A stretch of DNA of 62,861 nt from positions 1-62,861 of the IMG/VR virus record IMGVR_UViG_3300034069_000992. One strand, 5' to 3'. Below the pieces are notes generated by a model that saw only the letters and a list, made by a program, of their open reading frames with translations, ran no database searches and was not told the origin of the DNA. Both the position numbers and the translations under genes were made by a program. Below, in pieces: positions 8,090 to 17,604 of this stretch (position 1 is the stretch's first letter; every line of letters starts with the position of its first letter). This DNA is from a virus.

Positions 8090-8883
8090 TCCCGGACGAA
8101 GTCCCACAAGCCAGCGGCAGCGTCTTCGGACACAACAGCGGGTCAATGCTGGTGCAGGCAAAGGCCGAGCACGCGGCCGCCTTGCATGACACCCCACGCG
8201 ATGAAGGCAAGACGTTCGCACAGCGTAAGGCCGAGTTCCTGGCTTCGGCGGCGGCGCAGCGGGTGCGTGATCGCCAGTCCGCCGCAGACGCCGGCGACAC
8301 GATCAAGATGGCTGGTGAGATCTGGGCGCTGATTGACGCGGAGCGTCGGCGGCTTTCCGATCCGTTCCGCGAGACGCATCTGGCGCTGTCGGCGATGGCG
8401 AGCGAATTTTGGGAGCCGGTGAACGACGCGATGCTCGCGTTGCACCAGCAGATCGATGCTTGGACTGCGGCCGAGGATAAGCGCGTTGCTGCGATACGCC
8501 GTGAGCAAGAGGCCGAACTTGCGAACTTGCGCAAGCCTACAATCGATCCAGAGAAAGAGCGGCAGGCCGAGCGCGCTATCGATACCTCGCTTGGGCACGC
8601 CCCCCGCTCTTTCATCGATTATTCGGCGCCAGCGTCTACGCCGGCGATGTCCGTCATGCGGCCGACGAAGCGGGCGAAGATCCGGGGCGACCTGGGCGCC
8701 ACGATTTCGCAGCGCGACGTCGTTGGATACGAGATCGAGGATATCAGCCTGATCCCGGATCACATCATGCAATCGGAAACGGTCAAGGCCGCGATTCTCA
8801 CCGTCGTCAAGACGACTGCGCGCCATCTGGGCGTGCCGGCCGGCATCCGCGTCATCACCACCTCTGGCAACCAGATCTCATAG
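8086..8883 (+). CDS. Hypothetical protein upstream of RecT
   Basis: 265-aa ORF, ATGA-coupled; no motif recognised. Confidence 0.6.
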   Translation: MIPDEVPQASGSVFGHNSGSMLVQAKAEHAAALHDTPRDEGKTFAQRKAEFLASAAAQRVRDRQSAADAGDTIKMAGEIWALIDAERRRLSDPFRETHLALSAMASEFWEPVNDAMLALHQQIDAWTAAEDKRVAAIRREQEAELANLRKPTIDPEKERQAERAIDTSLGHAPRSFIDYSAPASTPAMSVMRPTKRAKIRGDLGATISQRDVVGYEIEDISLIPDHIMQSETVKAAILTVVKTTARHLGVPAGIRVITTSGNQIS

Positions 8884-8892
8884 GAATCGAAC

Positions 8893-10098
8893 ATGGCTCG
8901 ACCAAATAACGGCGGCGGCAGCAGGCAGGCGTCGCAGACGAATAACGAGACGATCAGCCTTCAGCAGCAACTTCAGTTTGTGCTTGGGCAGATCGTTGTT
9001 CGGAAGGAAGAGATCGCTGCGGTGCTGCCGCCAGATCTGCCCTTTGATCGGTTCCATGCGACGATCAATCAGGCGCTTCGTAACAACCCGGAGATCCTGA
9101 AGTGTACGGGCGTGTCGATCGTCAACGCTTGCGTGAAGAGTGCCTACGATGGCCTTCGTCTTGACGGCAAGGAAGCCGCGCTGGTGGCGCACAACGTGAA
9201 GGTCTCGAGGAACCCCGACAAGTGGGAAAGCCAGGCCGAATATTTCCCGATGGTGCGCGGGCTCATCAAAAAGATCCTAACCTCGCGTGAGGTTGTCTCG
9301 ATGGAGGCTGAAGTCATCTATGAGCACGACACGTACCGCGTGTTGCGCGGTACGAACCCGGAGATCCACCACGAGCCGCGGCTGGTTGGAGATCGTGGTA
9401 AGCCGATCGCCTACTACAGCATTGCTACGCTGAAGGGTGGCTATCGCACGGCGGAGATAATGACGTCGGCTGACGTTGCCGATGTCAGGAAAGAGGCGAA
9501 GACGGCGTTCGTCTGGGATCGGTGGCCGGGTGAAATGGGCAAGAAGTCCGTTATCCGCCGCCACGAGAAGAAGCTGCCGAGCGGCCGCGATATGGTCGAC
9601 GTCGAAGCGATGGCGATGTTCCCGCAATACGATCGCACGACGCCGCATCCCTCGCTTGCTGCGCCTGTCGCTGCTGCCCCGCGCCCAACCCGTGCTGCTA
9701 TCACCGATCAGCAAGGCACTGAGTTCGGCATGTCATTCGGCAACCAGTCGATCGATGATCGTGATGACGATCGCGAACACGTCGTGGTTGAGCAGGAACG
9801 CAGCCAGCAGCGGCAGCAGGAAGCCCCGCGTGAACAGCAGGGCAATCAGCAGCAGCGCGAGCCGGAGGTGCAGCTTCCGGAAGACGATGCGGCTTGGGGC
9901 GTATGGGGCGCCGGGCTCGAGAAAAGCATCACCAATTCCGAGAACGCCGAGGTGCTGGATCAGATCTGGCGCGAGGCTCAACCCATTCTGAAACACGCCA
10001 GCAAGGCAATCCGCGACCGCATCACCGGCAAGGTGACGGATCGCAATGCCGACCTGGCGCTGGAAGGCAGCGACGCGGGTGACGCGGCCGATAATTGA
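8893..10098 (+). CDS. recT: RecT-family single-strand annealing recombinase with Q/E-rich C-terminal tail
   Basis: N-terminal 230 aa show the RecT pattern (FHATINQALRNNPEILKCT...SAYDGLRLDGKEAALV...YFPMVRGLIKK...YYSIATLKGG...DRWPGEMGKKSVIRR). Confidence 0.85.
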   Translation: MARPNNGGGSRQASQTNNETISLQQQLQFVLGQIVVRKEEIAAVLPPDLPFDRFHATINQALRNNPEILKCTGVSIVNACVKSAYDGLRLDGKEAALVAHNVKVSRNPDKWESQAEYFPMVRGLIKKILTSREVVSMEAEVIYEHDTYRVLRGTNPEIHHEPRLVGDRGKPIAYYSIATLKGGYRTAEIMTSADVADVRKEAKTAFVWDRWPGEMGKKSVIRRHEKKLPSGRDMVDVEAMAMFPQYDRTTPHPSLAAPVAAAPRPTRAAITDQQGTEFGMSFGNQSIDDRDDDREHVVVEQERSQQRQQEAPREQQGNQQQREPEVQLPEDDAAWGVWGAGLEKSITNSENAEVLDQIWREAQPILKHASKAIRDRITGKVTDRNADLALEGSDAGDAADN

Positions 10099-10107
10099 TA
10101 TCACCCG

Positions 10108-10404
10108 ATGGAGACCATGATGAGCGATGTGAAGATTAACCGTCACACCAGCCGCGCGCTGGTGGAGAAGATGCGCGAGCGCAACTCGACGATGACGGAA
10201 GCCGAGGCGAAGCTGGCAGTGGGTCGCGTGTTCGACTCGATGGCGACGCTGCTCGAAGGCGATGAACCGCTGCGCGTCGGCGGGTTCGGCACCTTCCGCC
10301 GGCATTTCGTGCCCGGTGGTGATCGCCGCAATCCGGCCACCGGTGAGACCGTGAAGACGAGCGACAAGCACGTGATTAGATTCAAACAGGGCAAATTGGC
10401 CTGA
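10108..10404 (+). CDS. HU/IHF-family DNA-binding protein
   Basis: GGFGTFRRHFVPGGDRRNPATGETVKTSDKHVIRFKQGK is the HU/IHF beta-arm signature. Confidence 0.88.
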   Translation: METMMSDVKINRHTSRALVEKMRERNSTMTEAEAKLAVGRVFDSMATLLEGDEPLRVGGFGTFRRHFVPGGDRRNPATGETVKTSDKHVIRFKQGKLA

Positions 10405-10454
10405 GAGCCCGGGGCGCTGCCGAGGCGGCGCCCCTAACCACGAAGGAAGCATGC

Positions 10455-10910
10455 ATGGCTACCGGCGAACGAACTGGGCGGATGAACGTCAATACCTATT
10501 GGCAGGGTGGCCGCGTCATCACTGAAGCCGGTTATGTGCTGATTAAGGTTGGGAAGAAGCATCACCTCGCGGATGTTCGCGGTTATGCTTACGAGCATCG
10601 CATGGTTGCGGAGTGCAACCTTGGCCGGGATCTTCACCCCGGGGAAGAGGTCCACCATCGTGATGAGACCGATCGACAAAACAACGATTGGTCGAACCTG
10701 ATGGTCTGCGCCTCTCGCTTAGAACATCAAGTTCAGCATCGCACATCAATTCTGCCGTCCCGAGCCCAGCGCCTTCCGGGCGAAGGCAACCCGACTGTCG
10801 AGTGTGCGTGCGGGTGCGGTGGCACCTTTGCCAAATACGATAAGGTTCGGCGGATGCGAAGGTATTTGCCTAATCACAACAGTGCGCGGAGGTGCAGAGC
10901 AAATGGCTGA
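10455..10910 (+). CDS. HNH endonuclease
   Basis: YAYEHRMVAE...GEEVHHRDETDRQNNDWSNL...EHQVQH (H-N-H spacing). Confidence 0.8.
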   Translation: MATGERTGRMNVNTYWQGGRVITEAGYVLIKVGKKHHLADVRGYAYEHRMVAECNLGRDLHPGEEVHHRDETDRQNNDWSNLMVCASRLEHQVQHRTSILPSRAQRLPGEGNPTVECACGCGGTFAKYDKVRRMRRYLPNHNSARRCRANG

Positions 10911-11742
10911 AGTATCGGGGATTTCGTGGACTGATAGCAGTCTATCGCTATGGTTTGGCTGTACGCAGATCAGCAGCGCATGTGATAATTGTTATGCACG
11001 CGGTATGGCGGGGCGGCTGGGCGTGGTGTGGAACGGGCCGCCGCGCAAGGCGGCCGCCAGCGCCTTGGAAAAGATCGCGCAGTGGCAGCGCGGCGCGGCG
11101 AAGTTCTTCGCGCTCCACGGCCGCGATCGGCGCGTCTTCATCAACCACCTCTCGGACTTCTTCGATAATCAGGCGGAACAGGACTGGCGCACGGAAGCCG
11201 CGCTCGAGATGGCGCGCGCCACGGACGTCATCTTCATTCTCGTCACCAAGCGCCCGCAGAACGTCGCGTCGATGGTGCCAGCACACTGGATGAAGAAGAA
11301 CGGGTGGCCGGCAAACGTCTGGATGCTGGTGACGGCCGAGAATCAGAAACAGTGGGACAAGCGCGTCGCGTGGTTGCTCACTATCCCGGCCAAGGTGCGT
11401 GGTGTTTCGATTGAGCCGATGCTGGAGCCGATCGGACCGCAGCACTCGATCTCGAATAGCACTCGCGAGCGCGCGGCCTACGTCGAAACACATACCGGCA
11501 GGATCTTCCCGCCCGAACAGGTGGGCACGCTCAATTGGGCGATCATCGGCGGCGAGAGCGGTCGCAAGGCTCGGCCGATGCCGCACAGGGATGCGATCGA
11601 CAAGTTGGTCGATCAGCTACGTAGCGCTGGCGTCTCTATCTTCGTGAAGCAGTTGAGCCAGGCCGATCATCCCAAGACGTTCCGCGACGTCGCTACTTTC
11701 CCGCGCGGACTCACCCTTCAGCAATTCCCGGAGACGGTATGA
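10903..11742 (+). CDS. Phage Gp37/Gp68 family protein (DUF5131)
   Basis: MAEVSGISWTDSSLSLWFGCTQISSACDNCYA is the family N-terminal signature; start overlaps the HNH stop. Confidence 0.75.
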   Translation: MAEVSGISWTDSSLSLWFGCTQISSACDNCYARGMAGRLGVVWNGPPRKAAASALEKIAQWQRGAAKFFALHGRDRRVFINHLSDFFDNQAEQDWRTEAALEMARATDVIFILVTKRPQNVASMVPAHWMKKNGWPANVWMLVTAENQKQWDKRVAWLLTIPAKVRGVSIEPMLEPIGPQHSISNSTRERAAYVETHTGRIFPPEQVGTLNWAIIGGESGRKARPMPHRDAIDKLVDQLRSAGVSIFVKQLSQADHPKTFRDVATFPRGLTLQQFPETV

Positions 11743-12284
11743 AAGCGCTCACCATCTATCAGCCTTGGGCTTCACTCATCATGGCCGGTGCGAAGCCCTA
11801 TGAATTCCGGGGCTGGAACCCGCGCCGGCGGGGCGGCGCGTATGCCGCACTGATCGGGCAGCGGATCGTCATCCACGCGAGCGCGCGCAAAATTGATCGC
11901 TCCGAAGTGATGGATCTCATCACTGTGCTTCAGCGCGGTGGCGAGGCCGCCGCCGAAACGTGTTTGGACGCCTCAATTGCCCTACCAATTCTTAACCGAG
12001 CGCTTGCGAAACAGGTCCGCACCGAGCGCGGCTTCATCGACCTGGGCGCGCACGGCGATCTCCCGTGGAGCGTAGGACTTGGCACCGCCATCTTGGGCGA
12101 GCCTCGCCTTGGAACGGAGATCGCCGAAGAGTTCGGCGTACCGCGCGCGAATGACAGCGATCGCGACGCGCACGCCAATTGGGGATGGCCGATGCTCGAT
12201 ATCGAGGTGTGGGACATGCCGATCGAGTGCCGTGGCCTTCAGGGCTTTTGGAACTGGCCGACGCCTGAAGGTGCTGGGCTGTGA
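11739..12284 (+). CDS. ASCH domain protein
   Basis: MKALTIYQPWASLIMAGAKPYEFRGW is an ASCH-type N-terminus. Confidence 0.65.
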   Translation: MKALTIYQPWASLIMAGAKPYEFRGWNPRRRGGAYAALIGQRIVIHASARKIDRSEVMDLITVLQRGGEAAAETCLDASIALPILNRALAKQVRTERGFIDLGAHGDLPWSVGLGTAILGEPRLGTEIAEEFGVPRANDSDRDAHANWGWPMLDIEVWDMPIECRGLQGFWNWPTPEGAGL

Positions 12285-12478
12285 CACGACTTGGCAACCC
12301 GCATCCGCCTCGTTGGACCTTTTCGACGGATACCGGCGGAGATGCAGAGCCACAGCAAAGTGCACAGCGCTTCGCGGATAAGTGCGAAGCCGTGGACGCG
12401 GCATGCGCGTGGCTGAAGGTATGTGCGGACAATAACTTCTTCCCGTTCGTCCGCATCGAGAGGGCTGAAACCGCATGA
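12281..12478 (+). CDS. Hypothetical protein
   Basis: 65-aa ORF coupled at both ends by 4-nt overlaps. Confidence 0.5.
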   Translation: MTRLGNPHPPRWTFSTDTGGDAEPQQSAQRFADKCEAVDAACAWLKVCADNNFFPFVRIERAETA

Positions 12479-14163
12479 GCCTTTCCCCCGCCTTCTTGGA
12501 CGAACTGCGCTCGCGCACGTCGCTGTCACGCCTGATCGAGCAATCGGTCAAGCTGACGAAGGCGGGCAGCGAGAAGCGCGGTTGCTGCCCGTTCCACAAT
12601 GAGAAGAGCCCAAGCTTCTACGTCAACGACGACAAGGGCTTTTACCACTGCTTCGGGTGCAGCGCGCACGGCGACGCGATCCGCTGGATGACGGATCAGC
12701 GCGGCCTCCAGTTCATCGACGCGGTTAAGGAACTGGCCGCCGCTGCCGGCATGCAAATGCCTGATCGAGATCCGCAGCACGCGGAGCGCGATCGCGAGCA
12801 GCAGGCGATGTTCGACATCATGGATCACGCGACACGATATTTTGCTTTGAATATGGAGATGGCCGGGGCGCAGAGCGCGGCTTGGCGCTATCTCGATAAT
12901 CGGGGTGTAACGGCACGCGCTATCTTTGACTTCGACATAGGGCTGGCGACGCGAGATGCCGAACCGCTGCATCGCCACCTGAAGGATGTCGCGCCTGAGA
13001 TGCTGGTGAAGCTGGGACTGGCGAAGATCCACGACGAGGGCGATCGCAAAGGCGAGGTCTTCGACTTCTTCCGTGGTCGCATCATGTTCCCGATTCGGGA
13101 TCAACGTGGCCGAGTGATCGGTTTCGGTGGCCGGGTGCTGGGCGATCAGCAGCCCAAGTACCTCAACAGTCCGGACACGCCAATCTTCGACAAGGGGCGC
13201 ACGCTCTACAACATCGATCGAGCCGGACCGGCAGCGAAAGCGGCGAAGCGCGTCCTGGTGGTGGAAGGCTACATGGACGTCATCGGGCTCGCCAGCGCCG
13301 GCGTGAACGAAACGGTGGCTCCGAACGGCACCGCGCTCACTGAAGCGCAAATCACGCGGCTGTGGACGCTATCCGACACGCCGATCCTTTGCTTCGACGG
13401 CGACAAGGCCGGGAAGGCGGCGGCGGCGCGCGCGGCGATTCGCGCGTTGCCCCTGCTCGAGCCGGATCGTTCGCTTTCCTTCATCACGCCGCCCAATGGC
13501 AAAGATCCCGACGATATCGCCCGCAGCGGCGGCGCAGAAGCGGTGGAAGCGATGCTGGCGTCGCCCAAGCCGCTTGTGGACGTGATATGGGAGCATGAGT
13601 GCGCTGCCGGGCCAACAGATACCCCAGAGCAGCGTGCTGGGCTCGCGTCGCGGCTTCGGGAGCGAGCAGCGTCGATCCGGAACCGTGGCGTCGCGCAAGC
13701 CTACTACGACGAGTTCAAGGCACGATTCGAGGCGAAGCCGAAGGTGATCTACGTCGCCGAGCCCCGCCGTGCGCCGATGCAGCGCCAGTCGACTGAACGC
13801 CAGCCGTTCATTCGGCGTGAGAAGCCGCAGACTGATGCGTCTAAAGCGATTGCCCGAAAGGGTGTGGGCATGGCGCTCGAGCGAGCGATAATTGCCGGCC
13901 TGATGCGGTATCCCAGCGTGGTCTCCAGCGAGATGGATATCGTTTGCTCGATGACGATCGCTGAGGATTCGATGCGCGAATTACGCGACGTGCTTATGGA
14001 CGCGGCGATCTCCGGCAAGCCGTTCGTTGTGCCCGATCATCTCGAAGGCGCGGCTCGAGCAGCCAATGTTACGCCGCTGCGCTTCAGCTTCAACCGTGAT
14101 GGCGCAGACCCCGCTCAAGCGATGCGCAATCTCACCGACGCCCTTTACCAGCTTCGCCGATAA
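12475..14163 (+). CDS. dnaG: DNA primase DnaG
   Basis: CHC2 zinc finger CPFHNEKSPSFYVNDDKGFYHCFGCSAHGD; TOPRIM VLVVEGYMDVI...FDGDKAG. Confidence 0.92.
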   Translation: MSLSPAFLDELRSRTSLSRLIEQSVKLTKAGSEKRGCCPFHNEKSPSFYVNDDKGFYHCFGCSAHGDAIRWMTDQRGLQFIDAVKELAAAAGMQMPDRDPQHAERDREQQAMFDIMDHATRYFALNMEMAGAQSAAWRYLDNRGVTARAIFDFDIGLATRDAEPLHRHLKDVAPEMLVKLGLAKIHDEGDRKGEVFDFFRGRIMFPIRDQRGRVIGFGGRVLGDQQPKYLNSPDTPIFDKGRTLYNIDRAGPAAKAAKRVLVVEGYMDVIGLASAGVNETVAPNGTALTEAQITRLWTLSDTPILCFDGDKAGKAAAARAAIRALPLLEPDRSLSFITPPNGKDPDDIARSGGAEAVEAMLASPKPLVDVIWEHECAAGPTDTPEQRAGLASRLRERAASIRNRGVAQAYYDEFKARFEAKPKVIYVAEPRRAPMQRQSTERQPFIRREKPQTDASKAIARKGVGMALERAIIAGLMRYPSVVSSEMDIVCSMTIAEDSMRELRDVLMDAAISGKPFVVPDHLEGAARAANVTPLRFSFNRDGADPAQAMRNLTDALYQLRR

Positions 14164-14225
14164 CGGCGCGCTCTGGGCAGCGGCGGGCTGTCCTGGGCGA
14201 TCACTCACCCGCCGAAGGAAGCAAC

Positions 14226-14846
14226 ATGGAAGTCCCTGAAGATCGCACGCACGGCGCCGATTCGGCGATCAACGACACCATCCCAGGTTCGGAAGTCATC
14301 CCAGACAACATCCCAGACAGCCCGCACGGCGATATGTCGCTCGAATATTCGCTCCAGAATTTCAACGCGCTCGTGTCGGCGAACACGGCGATGCAAGGTG
14401 AGGTGTCGAGTCTCAACGTCATCATCGCCGATCTGCGCGATCGCCTGAAGGACAATGCGCACGAGATCGCCGGCAACGAGAAGGCGTACAATGACCTGTA
14501 CGTCGAGAGGGGCGAACTGAAGAAGGAACTGGTGGCTCTCAAGCAGAAACACGACAATGTGGTGGAGGATCGCAACTTCGCCCGAGAACAGACAGCCGTG
14601 CTTCAGCGGCGGCTCGACCGGTCGCTTGGCTATCTCGATCGCGTGCTCGACGACGAAGATGGCATGCGCGCGCCGGATACCCGCGCAGTGCCCGCCGAAA
14701 AGCCGCCGGTCGGCCCGGCGATCGGAGAAATCCCTGATGCTGCGATGCCTTCACGGCGCGAGCGCAATTACAGCGATGCAGAGATCCGACCTTATAGCGT
14801 TGCCACACTGAGCACGCCGGAGTTCGGCCGCCGCCGCCGGTTCTGA
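14226..14846 (+). CDS. Hypothetical coiled-coil protein
   Basis: 206-aa ORF, GAAGGAAG SD; heptad-like central region. Confidence 0.6.
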   Translation: MEVPEDRTHGADSAINDTIPGSEVIPDNIPDSPHGDMSLEYSLQNFNALVSANTAMQGEVSSLNVIIADLRDRLKDNAHEIAGNEKAYNDLYVERGELKKELVALKQKHDNVVEDRNFAREQTAVLQRRLDRSLGYLDRVLDDEDGMRAPDTRAVPAEKPPVGPAIGEIPDAAMPSRRERNYSDAEIRPYSVATLSTPEFGRRRRF

Positions 14847-14910
14847 TGCCACGAGAGGGGCGGTGCGATCGCCCCCGACGATGGCAACAGTGCCAACATG
14901 GGAGACGAAA

Positions 14911-15051
14911 ATGGATTTCGAGAACGATCTTAACGAACTGGTCGACAAGGCTAAGGCCGCTGGCGTCAGCAATGAAGAGATTATCGGCGCCTTCGAGTTG
15001 AAGACGATGGCTCTGAACGAAGGTGTCGACGACGACGAGATCGACGACTGA
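14911..15051 (+). CDS. Small acidic hypothetical protein (start uncertain, 14863/14881 possible)
   Basis: GGGAGA SD before ATG 14911; MDFENDLNELVDKAKAAGV... Confidence 0.4.
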   Translation: MDFENDLNELVDKAKAAGVSNEEIIGAFELKTMALNEGVDDDEIDD

Positions 15052-15061
15052 TGTGACCGGA

Positions 15062-15104
15062 GGGTGGACTAGCGAGCACAGGGATGCCGCGCGCTAGTCC
15101 ACCC
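15062..15104 (+). promoter_or_regulatory. Perfect 13-bp inverted repeat (strong hairpin) in an intergenic gap
   Basis: GGGTGGACTAGCG (15062-15074) / CGCTAGTCCACCC (15092-15104), 17-nt loop, no U-tract; between stop 15051 and start 15135. Confidence 0.6.
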
Positions 15105-15134
15105 CGAGCCTCACACCAGCAGGAGATTATCCCT

Positions 15135-15725
15135 ATGAAGTCCGTTCGTATCTTACGTGTCGATCCCAACCGCAGGACGGTCGCGACGATGTTCCTTCGC
15201 GCCGTGAAAGATGCCACCCCACAGCTTCGCAAGCTGGTGCGAGCAAACGACATCGGCTCGCGCGAGATCATGCAGATCGACGGCAAGCCGCTGATGTGCA
15301 TCGCCGGCCTGGCGGTTGATGAGTCGATGAAGGGTTGGCGCATGCGCGGCGGTGACGACACCGGCGGCGTGGCGGTGCTCACCGGGCGCAACGAAGCCAA
15401 CGTGCTGATCGACGTGCCGATCTCGCGCGAGTGGATTCTATCCCGCCTAGAGTGGATGGACGGTGAGGACGTGGGCGAGCGCTCTGATCGCGCAGATGAG
15501 CTGATCCCCGCCCTCAACGACGATATCCGCGCCGCGCTCGATGAGGCGATCGTCCTGCCTGACGGCATCTGGATCTCGGCCGCGCACAAGGCGATCGTCG
15601 GTGAGGCGATGGTGACGCTCGGCCTGGGCACCGATCGCAGCGGTGGACAGTTGCTCACCCCGTTGGGCGAGGACGTCTTCGATAAGCTGCCGGGCACGCC
15701 CGTAGATGGTCCGGAGACACGCTGA
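15135..15725 (+). CDS. Hypothetical protein
   Basis: CAGGAGA SD before ATG 15135 (MKSVRILRVDPN...). Confidence 0.6.
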   Translation: MKSVRILRVDPNRRTVATMFLRAVKDATPQLRKLVRANDIGSREIMQIDGKPLMCIAGLAVDESMKGWRMRGGDDTGGVAVLTGRNEANVLIDVPISREWILSRLEWMDGEDVGERSDRADELIPALNDDIRAALDEAIVLPDGIWISAAHKAIVGEAMVTLGLGTDRSGGQLLTPLGEDVFDKLPGTPVDGPETR

Positions 15726-15856
15726 TGTCGGTTCGTGCAGTAGCGCCGCATTGGTTGCCCCGCAGGCACCTATATCGGCAAGCGAACGGATCAGAAGGGC
15801 ATTGCGCCGGCCCGGGGTTCTGCCGGGAGTGCAATCGAGAGGCTGTGGAGGTTTAT

Positions 15857-16114
15857 ATGTCAGACGACACGAAGAATAAGATCCGGGCAGTGTTGGAAGA
15901 GCACATCGGACCGGCGGCAACGAAAGATATCGGCGATCAGGACAGCTTACGCGACGTCGGCAAGACGATCGAGTGGGTGAACGTGGTGATGGCGCTGGAA
16001 ACAGAGTTCAGCGTGCCACTAGACGAGATGGTGGTTATGAAGTGCGACACCATCGACATGATCGCGCGCCTGATCGACACGATCGTCGCATCTGATCGCG
16101 CCCCCGGGCACTGA
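15857..16114 (+). CDS. Acyl-carrier-protein-like small protein (attachment-site Ser apparently replaced by Thr)
   Basis: GGAGG SD before ATG 15857. DVGKTIEWVNVVMALETEF aligns with E. coli AcpP [20 protein letters not shown]. A coupled alternative start at 15725 exists. Confidence 0.5.
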   Translation: MSDDTKNKIRAVLEEHIGPAATKDIGDQDSLRDVGKTIEWVNVVMALETEFSVPLDEMVVMKCDTIDMIARLIDTIVASDRAPGH

Positions 16115-16130
16115 TGCCGGCCTTCCGGCC

Positions 16131-16592
16131 TTGGAAACCCGAAACGTGCCACGACTGTCCAAGTCGGCACCCCTTCTTCAGTCACGACGGCATGGCCGGA
16201 CCGTGGAGATGCCAGCAATGCCATGCCAAAGCGACGAAGAAGCCGGAGTTTCGAGGGCAGGGCATGCTACTGTAGACCCGCCACGGTGCACATGCGCCGA
16301 ATGTCGTACTCTCGATCTGCTCCCGGACCACCTTCAGGGGTGGCCGGGGGCGTTCCAGATCCCACTTTTCCACGCGCGAATCGTGGCGAAACGGAGGAAG
16401 ATCGTGGCCTTACCGCCCTTTGATGATCCGAAATTGGCCGAAGAATGTATGGCGCGCTGCGCCTACTTTGGTGAGCCGGCATGCTACAATGTCGAGCCCG
16501 GCTGCAAACCATGCTCCGATTGCCTGAAGGCATGCGGAATAACCGATATCGAGCCGTTCGACGAAGATGCGGCCATGGGGAGGCTGATATGA
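16131..16592 (+). CDS. Cys-rich hypothetical protein (start uncertain; ATG 16218 plausible)
   Basis: ORF with CTCAEC...CKPCSDCLKAC motifs. Confidence 0.45.
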   Translation: METRNVPRLSKSAPLLQSRRHGRTVEMPAMPCQSDEEAGVSRAGHATVDPPRCTCAECRTLDLLPDHLQGWPGAFQIPLFHARIVAKRRKIVALPPFDDPKLAEECMARCAYFGEPACYNVEPGCKPCSDCLKACGITDIEPFDEDAAMGRLI

Positions 16593-16843
16593 CCGAGCGC
16601 ACATGCAAAACATGCGAGTATGCAGTTCCCCGCTATGATGGATCTGGCCGGCGGTTCTGCAACGGTCCACACCGATATCGCTTCAGCGACGTGCGCGGCG
16701 GATACACCGATCCGACGAACTGCGAATACGAGCGCTGGAGTTTCTGGCGCTGGTTGGGATTTGATACGTGCGGGCCGAGCGGCCGATACTGGTTGAAGGC
16801 CGCTGTACGCATCCCGCCGAAGGTCTCTGCTCGCGATGAGTGA
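16589..16843 (+). CDS. Cys-rich hypothetical protein
   Basis: ATGA coupling; MTERTCKTCEYAVP... Confidence 0.5.
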   Translation: MTERTCKTCEYAVPRYDGSGRRFCNGPHRYRFSDVRGGYTDPTNCEYERWSFWRWLGFDTCGPSGRYWLKAAVRIPPKVSARDE

Positions 16844-17243
16844 GCACAGATCATGGGGGTGCTGGGCGTGCGGCGATAAGAGCGCGCTGTGGCGCATGAA
16901 CCGGACGGGCAAGGCGGGCATCTTCGCCTGCGCCAAGCATCTTGATCGCACGAAATGCGCGATCGACGGCTGCACCCGATCCTGCAAGCGCGAGGATGGC
17001 CGTCCGTGGGAATGGATCTGCTCCGTGCACTGGCGGCGCTATTGCCCGCCGCGCTCGCTTCGCCGCCGCGCCTACCTGGCGTTCTTCCGCAAGGCAAAGC
17101 GCTATGGCTGGAGTGAGCGTCTCTCCGCGCAATACTGGCGCTTCTGGGATACACTCACCCGCTCCGCCAACGTGATCGAGTCGGCCGGCTCAATCGACAC
17201 GTCAGAAATCAACAAGATGTTTGGATGGAACGATGACACCTGA
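16836..17243 (+). CDS. Cys-rich hypothetical protein
   Basis: 135-aa ORF, multiple CxxC/CxxxC pairs. Confidence 0.5.
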   Translation: MSEHRSWGCWACGDKSALWRMNRTGKAGIFACAKHLDRTKCAIDGCTRSCKREDGRPWEWICSVHWRRYCPPRSLRRRAYLAFFRKAKRYGWSERLSAQYWRFWDTLTRSANVIESAGSIDTSEINKMFGWNDDT

Positions 17244-17604
17244 GAAATATGCCGCTGTGATCTCCAGCTTGTTGCGGACGGCGCGCTTGCGCTCGAGCAA
17301 CGAAGCCGCGCTCCAGCTATCCCTCGAAGAGACCCTCACGGCGGCCAATATCGAATTCGAGCGTGAGAAGGCGATCGATAAGCGCGATCGTCCCGACTTC
17401 CTGCTCGCCGGCGGCGGCGTGGTGATCGAGGCGAAGGCCCGGTACGGCAAGAAGGCGATCTACCGGCAACTCTGCCGCTATGCCGAGCACGACTCGGTCT
17501 TTGCCATCATCCTCGTCACTGGAACGGCCATGGGCATGCCCGAAGAGATCAACGGCAAGCCAGTGCACGTCGTTTCGATCGGTTTGGGGACGCTCGGATG
17601 CTGA
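17221..17604 (+). CDS. VRR-NUC / PD-(D/E)xK nuclease-like protein
   Basis: DRPDFLLAGGGVVIEAKARYGK fits D...ExK; precedes an SNF2 helicase, as commonly seen in phages. Confidence 0.5.
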   Translation: MDGTMTPEKYAAVISSLLRTARLRSSNEAALQLSLEETLTAANIEFEREKAIDKRDRPDFLLAGGGVVIEAKARYGKKAIYRQLCRYAEHDSVFAIILVTGTAMGMPEEINGKPVHVVSIGLGTLGC

